Both the position numbers and the translations under genes were made by a program. This document shows positions 27,111 through 37,230 of a stretch of DNA of 64,000 nt, one piece after another. The stretch's first letter is position 1. Every line of letters begins with the position of its first letter. The stretch spans positions 30,855-94,854 of the forward strand of contig JAFLBG010000008.1 of NCBI GenBank assembly GCA_017303975.1, read 5' to 3'. The notes under the pieces were generated by a model. That model worked only from the letters and a program-made list of their open reading frames with translations, ran no database searches and was not told the origin of the DNA. Source of the DNA: Bacteroidota bacterium (GTDB taxonomy: Bacteria > Bacteroidota > Bacteroidia > JAFLBG01).

Positions 27111-30038
27111 TTATCTCAACAACGTAATGTGTGTAGTTACTTCATGAGGTTTCCCAAACGCGTCTGTGTAATTTATTCTGCAAATATAAACTCCAATTTT
27201 CGCTTCTTTTCCGGCAGTAGTTCCATCCCAAGTTGCGGTTATGTTTTGTCCTTCAAAAATAATTTCGCCCCACCTATTGTAAATCTTATAGCTAAGGTCT
27301 TTTAAGCCATACGATTCAATTTCAAATTTATCATTCTTAGTATCGTTATTAGGAGTAAATGTATTAGGAACATAAAACGACCAATCGCCTTCTATATAAA
27401 CTCTTTGCGATAAAGAGTCCATACAGCCATATTGGTTTGTTACCACCAATTTGGTGTCGTAGGTTCCAATATTTTGGTACTCGTGTCTTGGCTCTAAAAT
27501 AGAGGTGCTTTCCGTACCATCTCCAAAATACCAGTGGTAGGCAGTTGTATCAAGTGTATAGTTATAGAATGTAATTAACGGACTTAATATTGTAGCAGTT
27601 TGTGGAGCAAGCACGTAATCGGCAATAATACCGGGATACGCAAAAATCATGTTCGGTATAAAACTGCTATCTCTACAACCATACGCAGATACTGCGGTTA
27701 ACGAAACTGTATAAAAACCACTTTGGGTATAACAGAAATTAGGATTTGCTTGTGTTGATGTTGATTTTAATGAATCTCCAAATTGCCAATAATAACTAGC
27801 AATTGTTTCGTTTAAAGCAATAGACGATTGATTGATAAAATTAACACACAAATCCGTACACCCCGAATCTATATCGGATGTATAAAGAATTGTAGGTAAA
27901 GGGTGAACAAATGTATTTTGTATTGCAGTGTCTTTACATCCAAAAATATTGGTGGCAATTAGTGTTGTAGAAACAGCTCCAGGTGTAGTATAGTTGTGTA
28001 ATGGGCTAACTTGTGTTGAGGAGGCGCCATCACTAAATCTCCATTGGTAGGTATTTCCTTGACCAGTGGATAAATTAGTATGAGGCATTGGGTCTCCGGA
28101 GCACGTTATGCCTGGGGTAAACGAAGCAACTGGCACAGGATTAATTTGAGCATACGTAGATGCCTTACTTATACAACCATTAGCATCTGTAGCTACTACA
28201 GTATATGTACCAGAATTAGAAAAGGCTGCGTTAACAAATATTGGATTTTGTTGCGTACTTGTATAGCCTCCAGGGCCTGTCCAGCTATAAGTAACGCCTC
28301 CTGATGAAGATAAGCTAATTGTTGCCCCAGCACACAAAACTGCAGGGCTGCTTGATGCTGTAGCAAAGTTATTTACGTTAAATTGAAGTGTTTGGCTCGC
28401 AATTGCTTTACAGCCGGTAGGGTCGGTAACAGTAAGGCTATATACTCCCGAATTAGCTGCCATTCCAGGCGAAAAAATTAATACGGAATCGGAGGAGGTA
28501 AATGTGCCAGGACCTTTCCAGCTATAAACTGGCGAACCACTAGTACTTAGTGCAACTGTTTTTCCCTCACAATAGGTACCACCATTGCTTATGACGGGCT
28601 TGGGTATGGTATCGACCAGAACGTCAATTGTAGTGTCAATTACACACGGTCCGGCTGTAATTGTAAGTTTAACGGGCTGCACTCCGGTAACGCTGTATTG
28701 ATAAGTTGGATTTTGAATAGAGGCATCGTTTGTTCCATTGTTGTCAAAATCCCATAGCCATGCGGTAACACTTGCTGTTGGTAACGATAAATCAGTAAAA
28801 GAAGTGGTTTTCCCAAAGCATACTGTATCTGTAACAAATTGTGCCGTTGGGCTTATTGGTATTCCCGGTATAATGCTATCTATTGTATATGCACAGCCAG
28901 ATCCGGTTACAGGAGTAACTGTAACTTGATAGTGCCCACCTTGGTTGATTAATAAGGTTTGGTTAGTCGTAGAGCCTATTATGTTTCCTTGTCCATTAAG
29001 TACAGCCCATTGATACGACTGCATTCCAGCTGGACCTGTAATTGTAACTGTTTTGTTCCCGCATACTGCGGGGGAAGATGTCAAAAGACTCATTGGACCG
29101 CATCTAGCATCTACATAAGCATATCCATAATGTCCGCTAAATGCGCAGTCAGCCACCGTAAATCGAACGGTCACATTTTGTCCTATGTAAGCAGAAAGGT
29201 TAAAAGCGCTAACTGTCCAAGGTTTGTAATATGTATCACACCATGTTCCACAGGTAGCACTTGTGCTTTTAATGAAGCCAGTATTCCCGCCCCCACTATT
29301 TATAACTACATCGTATGCTAAACATTGGATAGGATTGCCATTTTGGTCTAATACCTCTGCTCTGAAATAAGGTTGAGATGTTGAATCATGACCTCCATCT
29401 TCCAATACAATTGCATACGCAATTGTAAGCATGGAGTTTGTTGTAGAAACAGAAAATTGCTGTTCTATAAATGAGCCATACCCACCTGTGCAATCATTGT
29501 TAAGAAGTACTGAATGATTTCCTGCTAATGGAGATGTAACGGGAAATCCACCATAAGCATCATTTCCCAATGCAGAGGTAACTATGGTATGTCTATTCCC
29601 ACTATTACCCCAACCAGAACAGCCGGTACTGGGTGGCTGATTAAATGCTCCATTGGGAGCTGGTTTAAGGCCAGTTACTACCGATGTCAATGGGCTAAGT
29701 GAATTACTATTGTATCCCTCATAAGCAGTCCAACCGGTAAAATTACCTGTTTCAAAGTCAATGTTTGTACATGGTGGCATTGCTTGTGGAAGCAGATGCG
29801 AATTAGAGTTATTTGTTTTAAAGTACGGGGAGGCATTTTTTGTCAAAAAAAGTGCTTTTTGTCTATTTATGTAGCCATTATAGTCAACAGCAGAAATGTT
29901 TTGCGCTTTCATTTCTGCTATGCAGGAATCTAAGTTAAAACCAGGTACACTATCTATATTGGCTATGTTAAATAGGTTTGCACTAAGTGTTAATGAAACA
30001 CAAAGGAAAAAAGCGATAGATTTAAGTTTTACATACAT
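27111..30038 (-). CDS. Large T9SS type-B CTD surface protein, paralog A (unassigned N-terminal domain + Ig/PKD-like repeats)
   Basis: 975 aa from ATG 30038 (signal MYVKLKSIAFFLCVSLTLSA). N-terminal ~330-aa domain shared with paralog B (CTNIDFETGNFTGWT...GNRHTIV...MLTIAYAIVLEDGGH...QPYFRAEVLDQNGNPI...GHYGYAYVDARCGPM). PKD-like repeats. C-terminus VPNTFTPNNDTKNDKF...YNRWGEIIF...WDGT is a type-B CTD. Confidence 0.85.
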   Translation of the reverse strand: MYVKLKSIAFFLCVSLTLSANLFNIANIDSVPGFNLDSCIAEMKAQNISAVDYNGYINRQKALFLTKNASPYFKTNNSNSHLLPQAMPPCTNIDFETGNFTGWTAYEGYNSNSLSPLTSVVTGLKPAPNGAFNQPPSTGCSGWGNSGNRHTIVTSALGNDAYGGFPVTSPLAGNHSVLLNNDCTGGYGSFIEQQFSVSTTNSMLTIAYAIVLEDGGHDSTSQPYFRAEVLDQNGNPIQCLAYDVVINSGGGNTGFIKSTSATCGTWCDTYYKPWTVSAFNLSAYIGQNVTVRFTVADCAFSGHYGYAYVDARCGPMSLLTSSPAVCGNKTVTITGPAGMQSYQWAVLNGQGNIIGSTTNQTLLINQGGHYQVTVTPVTGSGCAYTIDSIIPGIPISPTAQFVTDTVCFGKTTSFTDLSLPTASVTAWLWDFDNNGTNDASIQNPTYQYSVTGVQPVKLTITAGPCVIDTTIDVLVDTIPKPVISNGGTYCEGKTVALSTSGSPVYSWKGPGTFTSSDSVLIFSPGMAANSGVYSLTVTDPTGCKAIASQTLQFNVNNFATASSSPAVLCAGATISLSSSGGVTYSWTGPGGYTSTQQNPIFVNAAFSNSGTYTVVATDANGCISKASTYAQINPVPVASFTPGITCSGDPMPHTNLSTGQGNTYQWRFSDGASSTQVSPLHNYTTPGAVSTTLIATNIFGCKDTAIQNTFVHPLPTILYTSDIDSGCTDLCVNFINQSSIALNETIASYYWQFGDSLKSTSTQANPNFCYTQSGFYTVSLTAVSAYGCRDSSFIPNMIFAYPGIIADYVLAPQTATILSPLITFYNYTLDTTAYHWYFGDGTESTSILEPRHEYQNIGTYDTKLVVTNQYGCMDSLSQRVYIEGDWSFYVPNTFTPNNDTKNDKFEIESYGLKDLSYKIYNRWGEIIFEGQNITATWDGTTAGKEAKIGVYICRINYTDAFGKPHEVTTHITLLR

Positions 30039-30311
30039 GAAGCCAATAAGATTAACGTCCAAATTTATTATAAATTAGCATACCAATCAAGTTAAATTAA
30101 GGTTGTTTTAACCTCTACTACACCTGAAATTTAGTAAAGTAACCCCTGTTAATGTGTTTTTTTGCAAATGTATTATTACAACAGATTGCTGTCAATCACA
30201 AAATGGGTGTTTTGTTTCAAATAAAAGGGGAGTTTTATATCACAATAGGCTGTTTGCCAGTATTTTGTAAAAACATCTATTTCGGATATTGCGTGTTTAG
30301 GATAAAAAATA

Positions 30312-33227
30312 TTACCGAATAAGATTTATATCCAGCACCTGAGAGTGTGCACGGCCAAAAACATCGGTAAATCGTAGTTTGCAAATATATACATCAACTT
30401 GCGCTAAGTCTGACTTGCCTTGTACTTTCCCATTCCAAGCGGTATTGATATCATTGCTCTTAAAAATCAAAATTCCCCATCGGTCGTAAATAAAATACTC
30501 AGCCTCCTTAACGCCATAATTAGAAAATCTAAATTCGTCATTTATACCATCTCCGTTAGGGGTAAATGTATTGGGAGCATATAGAATCCAATCGGGGTTT
30601 ATTTGAATTCGTCTGCTGGTGGAGTCTTTGCAGCCGTTTTCATTTATTACAACCAACGATGCATAATAGGTGCCGGTTTCTGAATATTCATGTGTTGGAT
30701 TTTCTTCCGTATTTTCAGTTTTGCCATCTCCAAAATACCAGGTAAATCCGGAAATATTATCAGATTTATTAATAAATGTAATAAGAGGTGTTAAAATAGA
30801 TGTGTTGTTTGGATTTGCATTAAAATCGGCTACCGGAACGGGATATACTTGAATGTAGTTGTTGATTGTTGAAGAGGAGGAGCAGCCTGCGTCCGACACA
30901 ACAGACAAAGATACATTATAAAAACCTGTACTGTCAAAGCAAATAGCAGGATTAGGAAGTGTACTTGTTTCTCCATTTTCAAACAACCAAGTTTGAGATG
31001 CCACTTGGTCGCCATAATTAACGCTAGATGTATTTAAAAAATTAACACACAGTTCGGGGCATCCTGAAATTTTGTCGGAAGTAAAAGTTACTGTGGGGTT
31101 GTCGTGAACCAATACTTGCTGTGTTGCCGTATTGCTACATCCTGCAGGATCTGTAACAGTTAGTGAAACTGTTTGATTTCCGGCACTATTGTAATTGTGT
31201 GATGGATTGTTTTGTATAGATGCATTGCCATCTCCAAAAGTCCATGCGCTGGAAGTTCCAGTGGTGCTGGTATTTGTAAATTGAACTGGAGTGCCAATAC
31301 ATACATCAGAAGCGGTAAACTGGGCAGTAGGGGCCGGCATTACACTAATATTTGTTGTTGCCACACCTTGACATCCATTTGCATCGGTAACGACTACAGA
31401 AAAGGTACCGGCTTGTGTTTGAAGCACACCCGTTATAGTTGCATTTTGTTGAGCAGAGGTATATCCGGATGGGCCTGTCCATGAATAACTCACGCCTCCG
31501 GAAGAATTTAGTGTAACTGTTTCTCCTTCACAATACGTGCCCGGATCGTTAGAGGCGGTAGCAAAATTGCTAGAGGAAATTGAAACACTAGTTACATCGC
31601 TAGTGCTGCAACCGCTTGCATTTGTACCTACAACCGTGTAGTTGCCGGAACTAGCAAGCGTTGGGTTTACTATAGAATCATTTTGATTAGTTGATGTAAA
31701 TCCATTGGGCCCAGTCCATTGGTAAGAAACACCGCCATTTGCAGTTAACTGCACAGTTGTTCCTGCGCAGAATGGACCATTGTTGTTTGCTTGAATATTT
31801 GGACCGGAATTAACTGTAACACTAATAACCGTGTCTTTTACGCACAATCCTCCTGAAGCCGAAACAGTGAGCTTTACAGGAATAGTGCCTGAATTTGGAA
31901 ATGTATGCGAAGGGTTTTGAGTGTTATCGTCAGAACTACCATTGTTATTAAAATCCCAATCCCATGAAGTTAAGAGACCAAGTGGTGTTGAATTGTCTGT
32001 AAATAGGGTAGGTTGCCCTTGGCAAACGGTAGTTGCTTGAAAGTTAGCTACCGGTGCAGTAGGAATTCCTGGAATAATAGAATCTAATGTATAAGCGCAT
32101 GCTGCGCCTGTTGTTGGTGTTACTGTAACTTGATAGTGTCCCCCTTGGTTAATTATTACTGTTTGATTCGTTGTAGTCCCAACAATATTTCCAAGACCAT
32201 TTACGGTGCTCCATTGGTACGATTGAGCGCCCGGAGGGGCTGTTAGTGTTACTTGATTGGTGCCACATACAGCAGGCGAGGAAGATAACATCGCCATTGG
32301 CCCACACATTGCATCTACATAGGCGTAGCCATAATGCCCCATTTGTGAACAATTAGAGACTGTGAAGCGCACTGTAATATTCTGACCAACATATCCAGCA
32401 ACATTAAAAGAAGATGTTGTCCATGGTTTATAGTAATAATCAATCCCACAAGTTGTACTTTGAAAGAATCCTGGTGTAGATCCATTTTGGGCAATTATGG
32501 TATAAACCAAACAATTAATTGGATTTCCGTTTTGGTCGAGCACTTCTGCTCTAAAGTAGGGCTGCTCGTTTTGTGTATGACCACCGTCCTCTAACACAAC
32601 AGCATAAGCAATGGTAAGCATGGTGTTTAGATTGCTTACGGTAAATGTTTGTTCTAATACAGATCCTTGATCTCCACTACAATTGTCATTTAACATAGCG
32701 GAATAACTCCCTGTTAATGGTGAAACTACTGAAAATCCTCCACACCCATCTGTTCCAAGTGAAGCATCAACTAGTGTATGTCTATTGCCGCATGTGCCGG
32801 CAGGTTGATTAACAGCTCCTCCGGGACTGGGAACCAAGCCTGGTGTTAGATTTGATAATGGGAGTTGTGAGTCGTTGTTGTTACCTGAGTAGCCTGTCCA
32901 GCCACTGAATGAGCCCGACTCAAATCCCATATTGGTGCAGGACGCCTGTGGGGTAGGAAGTGTGTGTTTTTTAGTAGTGTTAGAGTTAGAAGGGTATTGG
33001 TATGGGTATTTTTGTTGAAGAAATTTTTTTTGTTCTTTTTTAAAGTATCCGGGAATATCTTTTGTTAAAATATTTTTTTCAACTGCATTGCTCCAACATT
33101 GCTGAAAATCAAATCCTGCAAGGGAATCAAGCGGGTAAAAGGTATATTGTTGAAATGGATTTTGAGCAAAGAGGAAACAGCCTGCTGCGCAAAAATTAAA
33201 AATAATAATTGGTAAAATACGTTTCAT
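30312..33227 (-). CDS. Large T9SS type-B CTD surface protein, paralog B
   Basis: 971 aa. Signal MKRILPIIIFNFCAAGCFLFA. Collinear with paralog A along its whole length. C-terminus APNTFTPNGDGINDEF...YDRWGILIF...WNGK is a type-B CTD. Confidence 0.85.
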   Translation of the reverse strand: MKRILPIIIFNFCAAGCFLFAQNPFQQYTFYPLDSLAGFDFQQCWSNAVEKNILTKDIPGYFKKEQKKFLQQKYPYQYPSNSNTTKKHTLPTPQASCTNMGFESGSFSGWTGYSGNNNDSQLPLSNLTPGLVPSPGGAVNQPAGTCGNRHTLVDASLGTDGCGGFSVVSPLTGSYSAMLNDNCSGDQGSVLEQTFTVSNLNTMLTIAYAVVLEDGGHTQNEQPYFRAEVLDQNGNPINCLVYTIIAQNGSTPGFFQSTTCGIDYYYKPWTTSSFNVAGYVGQNITVRFTVSNCSQMGHYGYAYVDAMCGPMAMLSSSPAVCGTNQVTLTAPPGAQSYQWSTVNGLGNIVGTTTNQTVIINQGGHYQVTVTPTTGAACAYTLDSIIPGIPTAPVANFQATTVCQGQPTLFTDNSTPLGLLTSWDWDFNNNGSSDDNTQNPSHTFPNSGTIPVKLTVSASGGLCVKDTVISVTVNSGPNIQANNNGPFCAGTTVQLTANGGVSYQWTGPNGFTSTNQNDSIVNPTLASSGNYTVVGTNASGCSTSDVTSVSISSSNFATASNDPGTYCEGETVTLNSSGGVSYSWTGPSGYTSAQQNATITGVLQTQAGTFSVVVTDANGCQGVATTNISVMPAPTAQFTASDVCIGTPVQFTNTSTTGTSSAWTFGDGNASIQNNPSHNYNSAGNQTVSLTVTDPAGCSNTATQQVLVHDNPTVTFTSDKISGCPELCVNFLNTSSVNYGDQVASQTWLFENGETSTLPNPAICFDSTGFYNVSLSVVSDAGCSSSSTINNYIQVYPVPVADFNANPNNTSILTPLITFINKSDNISGFTWYFGDGKTENTEENPTHEYSETGTYYASLVVINENGCKDSTSRRIQINPDWILYAPNTFTPNGDGINDEFRFSNYGVKEAEYFIYDRWGILIFKSNDINTAWNGKVQGKSDLAQVDVYICKLRFTDVFGRAHSQVLDINLIR

Positions 33228-33243
33228 GGGGGATTACTTTACT

Positions 33244-33501
33244 TTAAACGGAAGCTAGAGTAGTTAATGATTCCACTGATTTTATTTCGGGTATAGATTT
33301 TTTAATAGCATCTTCAATTCCGGCTTTCATGGTCATGTGACTCATGTTGCACGTTTGGCAAGCACCTAGCAGTTTTAAAATAACTCGTTTGTCGTTTGTT
33401 ATTTCCACAAAAGACACATCGCCTCCATCGGCTTGTAAATAGGGTCTTATCTGAGTTAATACCTCTTCAATTTTTTCGACAAGATGAGCGTTGGTTTGCA
33501 T
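33244..33501 (-). CDS. NifU-like Fe-S cluster scaffold/carrier domain protein
   Basis: 85 aa. LQADGGDV.FVE....V.LKLLGACQTC (CxxC) is the NifU C-terminal domain signature. Immediately downstream of mrp/apbC. Confidence 0.85.
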   Translation of the reverse strand: MQTNAHLVEKIEEVLTQIRPYLQADGGDVSFVEITNDKRVILKLLGACQTCNMSHMTMKAGIEDAIKKSIPEIKSVESLTTLASV

Positions 33502-33506
33502 ATAGA

Positions 33507-34601
33507 TTAACTTATAATTGCTTCTTTTTTACCAGATTTATTAGCGTTGGAAATTGCTACTTGTTGTGCCACCAGCTGTGCAATGTTTTCAAAGGCTTTT
33601 GCTTGAGGGGTATTGTTCTGCAGCACAACAGGCCGACCTGCGTCTCCTGCTTCGCAAATGCTTTGTACAATAGGGATTTCGCCTAAAAAGGGTACCTCTA
33701 GTTTTTCTGCAAGTTGTTTCCCTCCATCACGACCAAAAATGTAATATTTGTTGGATGGTAATTCTGCAGGCGTAAAATAGGCCATATTTTCTACCACGCC
33801 AAGCACCGGTACTTTTATCATGGGCATATCAAACATGGCAATTCCTTTTTTTGCATCCGCTAATGCCACTTGTTGTGGGGTGGTTACGATTATAGCACCC
33901 GTAAGCGGTACCGATTGAACCAGAGACAAATGAATATCACCTGTGCCAGGAGGCAAATCAATTATCATATAATCTAAATCGCCCCAATTGGCATCAAAAA
34001 ATAATTGTGTCAGCGCCTTGGAGGCCATCGGTCCTCGCCATACCACAGCTTGAGAAGGGTCAGCAAAAAAACCAATAGACAAAAGTTTAACCCCGTAATT
34101 TTCTACCGGAACAATATAGTTTTTGCCGTCAATAGTGGTAATATTAGGTTTCACATTTTCAACATCAAACATGATAGGTTGAGATGGACCATAGATGTCT
34201 GCATCTACTAACCCAACGCTAGCACCTTGTTTTACCAACGCTACTGCTAAATTAGAGGCTACGGTAGATTTTCCTACACCTCCTTTTCCGGAGGCGACAG
34301 CAATAATATTTTTTATGTTCGGAAGTTTTGAACCTGCTCTGGTACTGGTAACACGAGCCGTCATAGTTATGTTTACAGTGGCATTTTTGTCAACGTAGTA
34401 TAAAATTGCATTTTCGCAAGCCCTCTGAATTACATCTTTCATGGGGCATGCAGGAGTTGTAAGTTCTACTGTGAAAGAAATTGATAAGCCGTCAATAGCA
34501 ACATCCTTAACCATTCCAAGTGTAACAATATCCTTTTTTAAATCAGGATCATCTACATTTTTTAGCGCTTGTAGTACGGTGTCTTTTGTAATTAAAGTCA
34601 T
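33507..34601 (-). CDS. apbC: Mrp/NBP35/ApbC-family Fe-S cluster carrier ATPase with N-terminal DUF59/MIP18 domain
   Basis: 364 aa. N-terminal DPDLKKDIVTLGMV...TTPACPM (DUF59). Deviant Walker A VASGKGGVGKST. DLPPGTGD motif. Confidence 0.9.
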   Translation of the reverse strand: MTLITKDTVLQALKNVDDPDLKKDIVTLGMVKDVAIDGLSISFTVELTTPACPMKDVIQRACENAILYYVDKNATVNITMTARVTSTRAGSKLPNIKNIIAVASGKGGVGKSTVASNLAVALVKQGASVGLVDADIYGPSQPIMFDVENVKPNITTIDGKNYIVPVENYGVKLLSIGFFADPSQAVVWRGPMASKALTQLFFDANWGDLDYMIIDLPPGTGDIHLSLVQSVPLTGAIIVTTPQQVALADAKKGIAMFDMPMIKVPVLGVVENMAYFTPAELPSNKYYIFGRDGGKQLAEKLEVPFLGEIPIVQSICEAGDAGRPVVLQNNTPQAKAFENIAQLVAQQVAISNANKSGKKEAIIS

Positions 34602-34815
34602 AACTTTCTAAGTTACGGAACTTGGTATATTGCCTCCTAATTATTTTATATATTTTTTCTGAGCAGATTTCAACAGTTGTATTTCGATAACTTTTGTAAT
34701 TTATTTTCAATTGAAAAGAAGCCTCAAATCAAGCCTCAGTAGAAGGAAACGACCGGTTGTGCTAACAGAAAATTTAAAAAGAATGAAAATAATTTTTTTA
34801 AAAATAAAAAGTATA

Positions 34816-34823
34816 TATATTTG
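34816..34823 (+). promoter_or_regulatory. Candidate -7 box (TAnnTTTG) for the tRNA gene
   Basis: tatatttg ends 22 nt upstream of the first tRNA nucleotide. Confidence 0.35.
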
Positions 34824-34845
34824 CAACCCGTTCTAGTAAAATATT

Positions 34846-34920
34846 GGGAGCTTAGCTCAGCTGGTTCAGAGCACCTGCCTTACAAGCAGGGGGTCACAGG
34901 TTCGAACCCTGTAGCTCCCA
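34846..34920 (+). tRNA. tRNA-Val (anticodon TAC)
   Basis: Hand-folded cloverleaf. Acceptor GGGAGCT/AGCTCCC, D-arm GCTC..GAGC, anticodon stem CCTGC/GCAGG with loop CTTACAA (TAC), T-arm ACAGG-TTCGAAC-CCTGT, discriminator A. No encoded CCA. Confidence 0.93.
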
Positions 34921-34927
34921 CACTACA

Positions 34928-34963
34928 GGGCGACAATTGATAAAAAGATTGTCGCCCTTTTTT
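34928..34963 (+). terminator. Rho-independent terminator after tRNA-Val
   Basis: gggcgacaat / attgtcgccc 10-bp stem, 10-nt loop, followed by tttttt. Confidence 0.75.
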
Positions 34964-35175
34964 ATTGCCTTTGGATTTGTTAATTTTGTTGGCAATTTGG
35001 TTAATTATCTCATTAAATTTTGAGGTTCGAATTTGATTATTCTAAAAAAACGAACATTTTAGGGAATATTAAGCAAAATCAAGGTTTTTGTAAGTATTAA
35101 TTAGTTTGTCGTGTGACGTAGATATTTCTGAACTATTCTCGTACAACTCTACAAAAGATAGGTAAATGCTTTGTG

Positions 35176-36447
35176 TTAAATATTAGATTGAAGTATATAA
35201 GTCAGTGCTCCAACTATATATCCAAGCAAAGCAAGCCATGATATTTTTTTGAGATACCCAAAAAACTCAATTTTTTCAATCCCCATAGCAGCAACTCCAG
35301 CAGCAGAACCAATGATTAAAGCACTTCCACCAGTACCGGCACAATAAGCAAGAAATTCCCAAAAATAATGGTTAGTAGGATATACTGATAGATCATACAT
35401 TCCCATTGATGCGGCAACAAGTGGTACATTGTCAATTATAGCAGAAAGCAATCCAATACTCAACACAATAATATTCATATTGCCAATTTTTTCAGACATC
35501 AATGAAGCTAAGTCTGTTAATTGTCCAGTTGATTGCAATGCCCCAACTGAAACTAAAATTCCCAGAAAAAACAATATACTCGGAACATCAATTTTTCGCA
35601 ATGCATATACTACTGAGTATACATTTTTGTCCGCTTCATCCTTATCCTTATGAAGAAGTTCTGAGATAATCCACAATAATCCTAATCCAAATAACATTCC
35701 CATAAAGGGAGGCAAGTGTGTTGCTGATTTGAATATTGGAACAAACAATAAGACTCCAACGCCTGAAAAAAATATTACGTTCCTATCAAATTTACTCGCC
35801 AGCTTAAGGTCTTCTTTAGCTAAGTCTGGTTTAATAAAATTCCCTTTGATTTTAAATGAGATGATGGTTAACGGAACAAGTAAGCAGACAATACTTGGCA
35901 AAATTAATTTCGCAATAATGTTAGCGCTTGTAACTTGCCCTCCGATCCATAGCATGGTTGTTGTTACATCACCTATTGGAGACCACGCTCCTCCTGCATT
36001 TGCAGCAATAACAACAATACCAACAAAAAACAACCTTCTTTGAGTATTGGAAATAAGTTTTTTTAATAGTGAAACTACAACAATAGTTGCAGTTAGATTG
36101 TCAAGAACTGCTGAAAGAAAAAATGCAATAAAAGAAATTATCCAAAGTAATTTTCTTGTTTTATTTGTTTTAATTAAATCTGTAATTATTTGGAATCCAT
36201 CGTGTGCATCTATTAGTTCAACTATTGCCATAGCCCCCATCAGAAAAAACAATATTCCTGAAATTTCGGATAAGTGCTCCATTAAATTTTCCGAAACAAG
36301 GTGAATGTCGTTTTCGCTAAGAATATAAATTGTCCAACACAGAACACCCGTTAATAAGGCTGGAGCGGCCTTGTTAATCTTTGTAAAGTGTTCTGCCACA
36401 ATTAGTAAGTATCCTAAAATAAAAACTATAATTATAGCTGTGTGCAT
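35176..36447 (-). CDS. NhaD/ArsB-superfamily Na+/H+ antiporter-like permease
   Basis: 423 aa, wholly polytopic (about 11-12 TM). The N-terminus ...GYLLIVAEHFTKINKAAPALLTGVLCW resembles NhaD-family antiporters as I recall them. Confidence 0.65.
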   Translation of the reverse strand: MHTAIIIVFILGYLLIVAEHFTKINKAAPALLTGVLCWTIYILSENDIHLVSENLMEHLSEISGILFFLMGAMAIVELIDAHDGFQIITDLIKTNKTRKLLWIISFIAFFLSAVLDNLTATIVVVSLLKKLISNTQRRLFFVGIVVIAANAGGAWSPIGDVTTTMLWIGGQVTSANIIAKLILPSIVCLLVPLTIISFKIKGNFIKPDLAKEDLKLASKFDRNVIFFSGVGVLLFVPIFKSATHLPPFMGMLFGLGLLWIISELLHKDKDEADKNVYSVVYALRKIDVPSILFFLGILVSVGALQSTGQLTDLASLMSEKIGNMNIIVLSIGLLSAIIDNVPLVAASMGMYDLSVYPTNHYFWEFLAYCAGTGGSALIIGSAAGVAAMGIEKIEFFGYLKKISWLALLGYIVGALTYILQSNI

Positions 36448-36498
36448 AGTATTAAGACATAAAAGGTAAAAATATACTAAAATAAACGTTTATACGTG

Positions 36499-36506
36499 TA
36501 AATTTG
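36499..36506 (+). promoter_or_regulatory. Candidate -7 box (TAnnTTTG) for the Crp/Fnr gene
   Basis: taaatttg ends 18 nt upstream of ATG 36525. Confidence 0.35.
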
Positions 36507-36524
36507 CCCAAACTTTTATTATAA

Positions 36525-37220
36525 ATGGAGTTCGATATAAAAAAATACTACTTCTTATCCAAGCCAATATTAGATGTGCTTAATTTGGTCGAAAAAAAGC
36601 AACTTTTAGACACTTCGGAGAAAGTAAACTTTGAAAAGGGAGAAATATTATTCACAGATGGTACATATCCTAAAGGATTTTATCAGGTATTAAAAGGTAA
36701 AGTAAAGATATACCAAACTGATTTTAATGGAAATGTTCAGATTGTATATATATATACAAAAAATGAATCTTTTGGTTTTCGACCACTTCTTTGTTCAGAA
36801 AAGCATCCGGTTACCGCGCAGGCTTTAGAAAACTGCACATTACTTTATATACCTAAAAGTGAGTTTAATAAGCTTCTAAGTACATCAATTAATTTTTCAA
36901 ACGAACTTTTAAAGAACATTAGTTATGAATATATGGTATGGGTAAATCGAATTTCCGCATTTGGTACAAAATCATTAATGTCTCGGCTAGCTTTGGCCCT
37001 GTTAATTTTGAATGAAAAATATAAGCCCGAGACAATATTAAATAAGCCGATTGAAATTACTATGTCAAGAGGTGATTTGGCCTCATACGTAGGGACATCT
37101 ATAGAACCACTTGTAAGAGCATTAAAAAAGTTGAAAGTTCAGAAATATATTAAATCTGACAGGGCAAAAATATCAATTATAAATAGGGAAAAGCTAATTG
37201 AATTAGCTCAGTACATTTAA
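36525..37220 (+). CDS. Crp/Fnr-family transcriptional regulator
   Basis: 231 aa. N-terminal cNMP-binding-type beta-roll (FEKGEILFTDG...FYQVLKGKVKIY). C-terminal HTH MSRGDLASYVGTSIEPLVRALKKLK. Confidence 0.85.
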   Translation: MEFDIKKYYFLSKPILDVLNLVEKKQLLDTSEKVNFEKGEILFTDGTYPKGFYQVLKGKVKIYQTDFNGNVQIVYIYTKNESFGFRPLLCSEKHPVTAQALENCTLLYIPKSEFNKLLSTSINFSNELLKNISYEYMVWVNRISAFGTKSLMSRLALALLILNEKYKPETILNKPIEITMSRGDLASYVGTSIEPLVRALKKLKVQKYIKSDRAKISIINREKLIELAQYI

Positions 37221-37230
37221 AGCAATAGCA

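Noticed and set aside
21914-33227. Diversity-generating retroelement, invertible promoter or shufflon controlling the giant surface protein genes
   Set aside because: The window has no reverse transcriptase, recombinase or invertase gene. I saw no template/variable repeat pair and no inverted repeats bracketing the upstream regions (25781..25951, 30063..30311).
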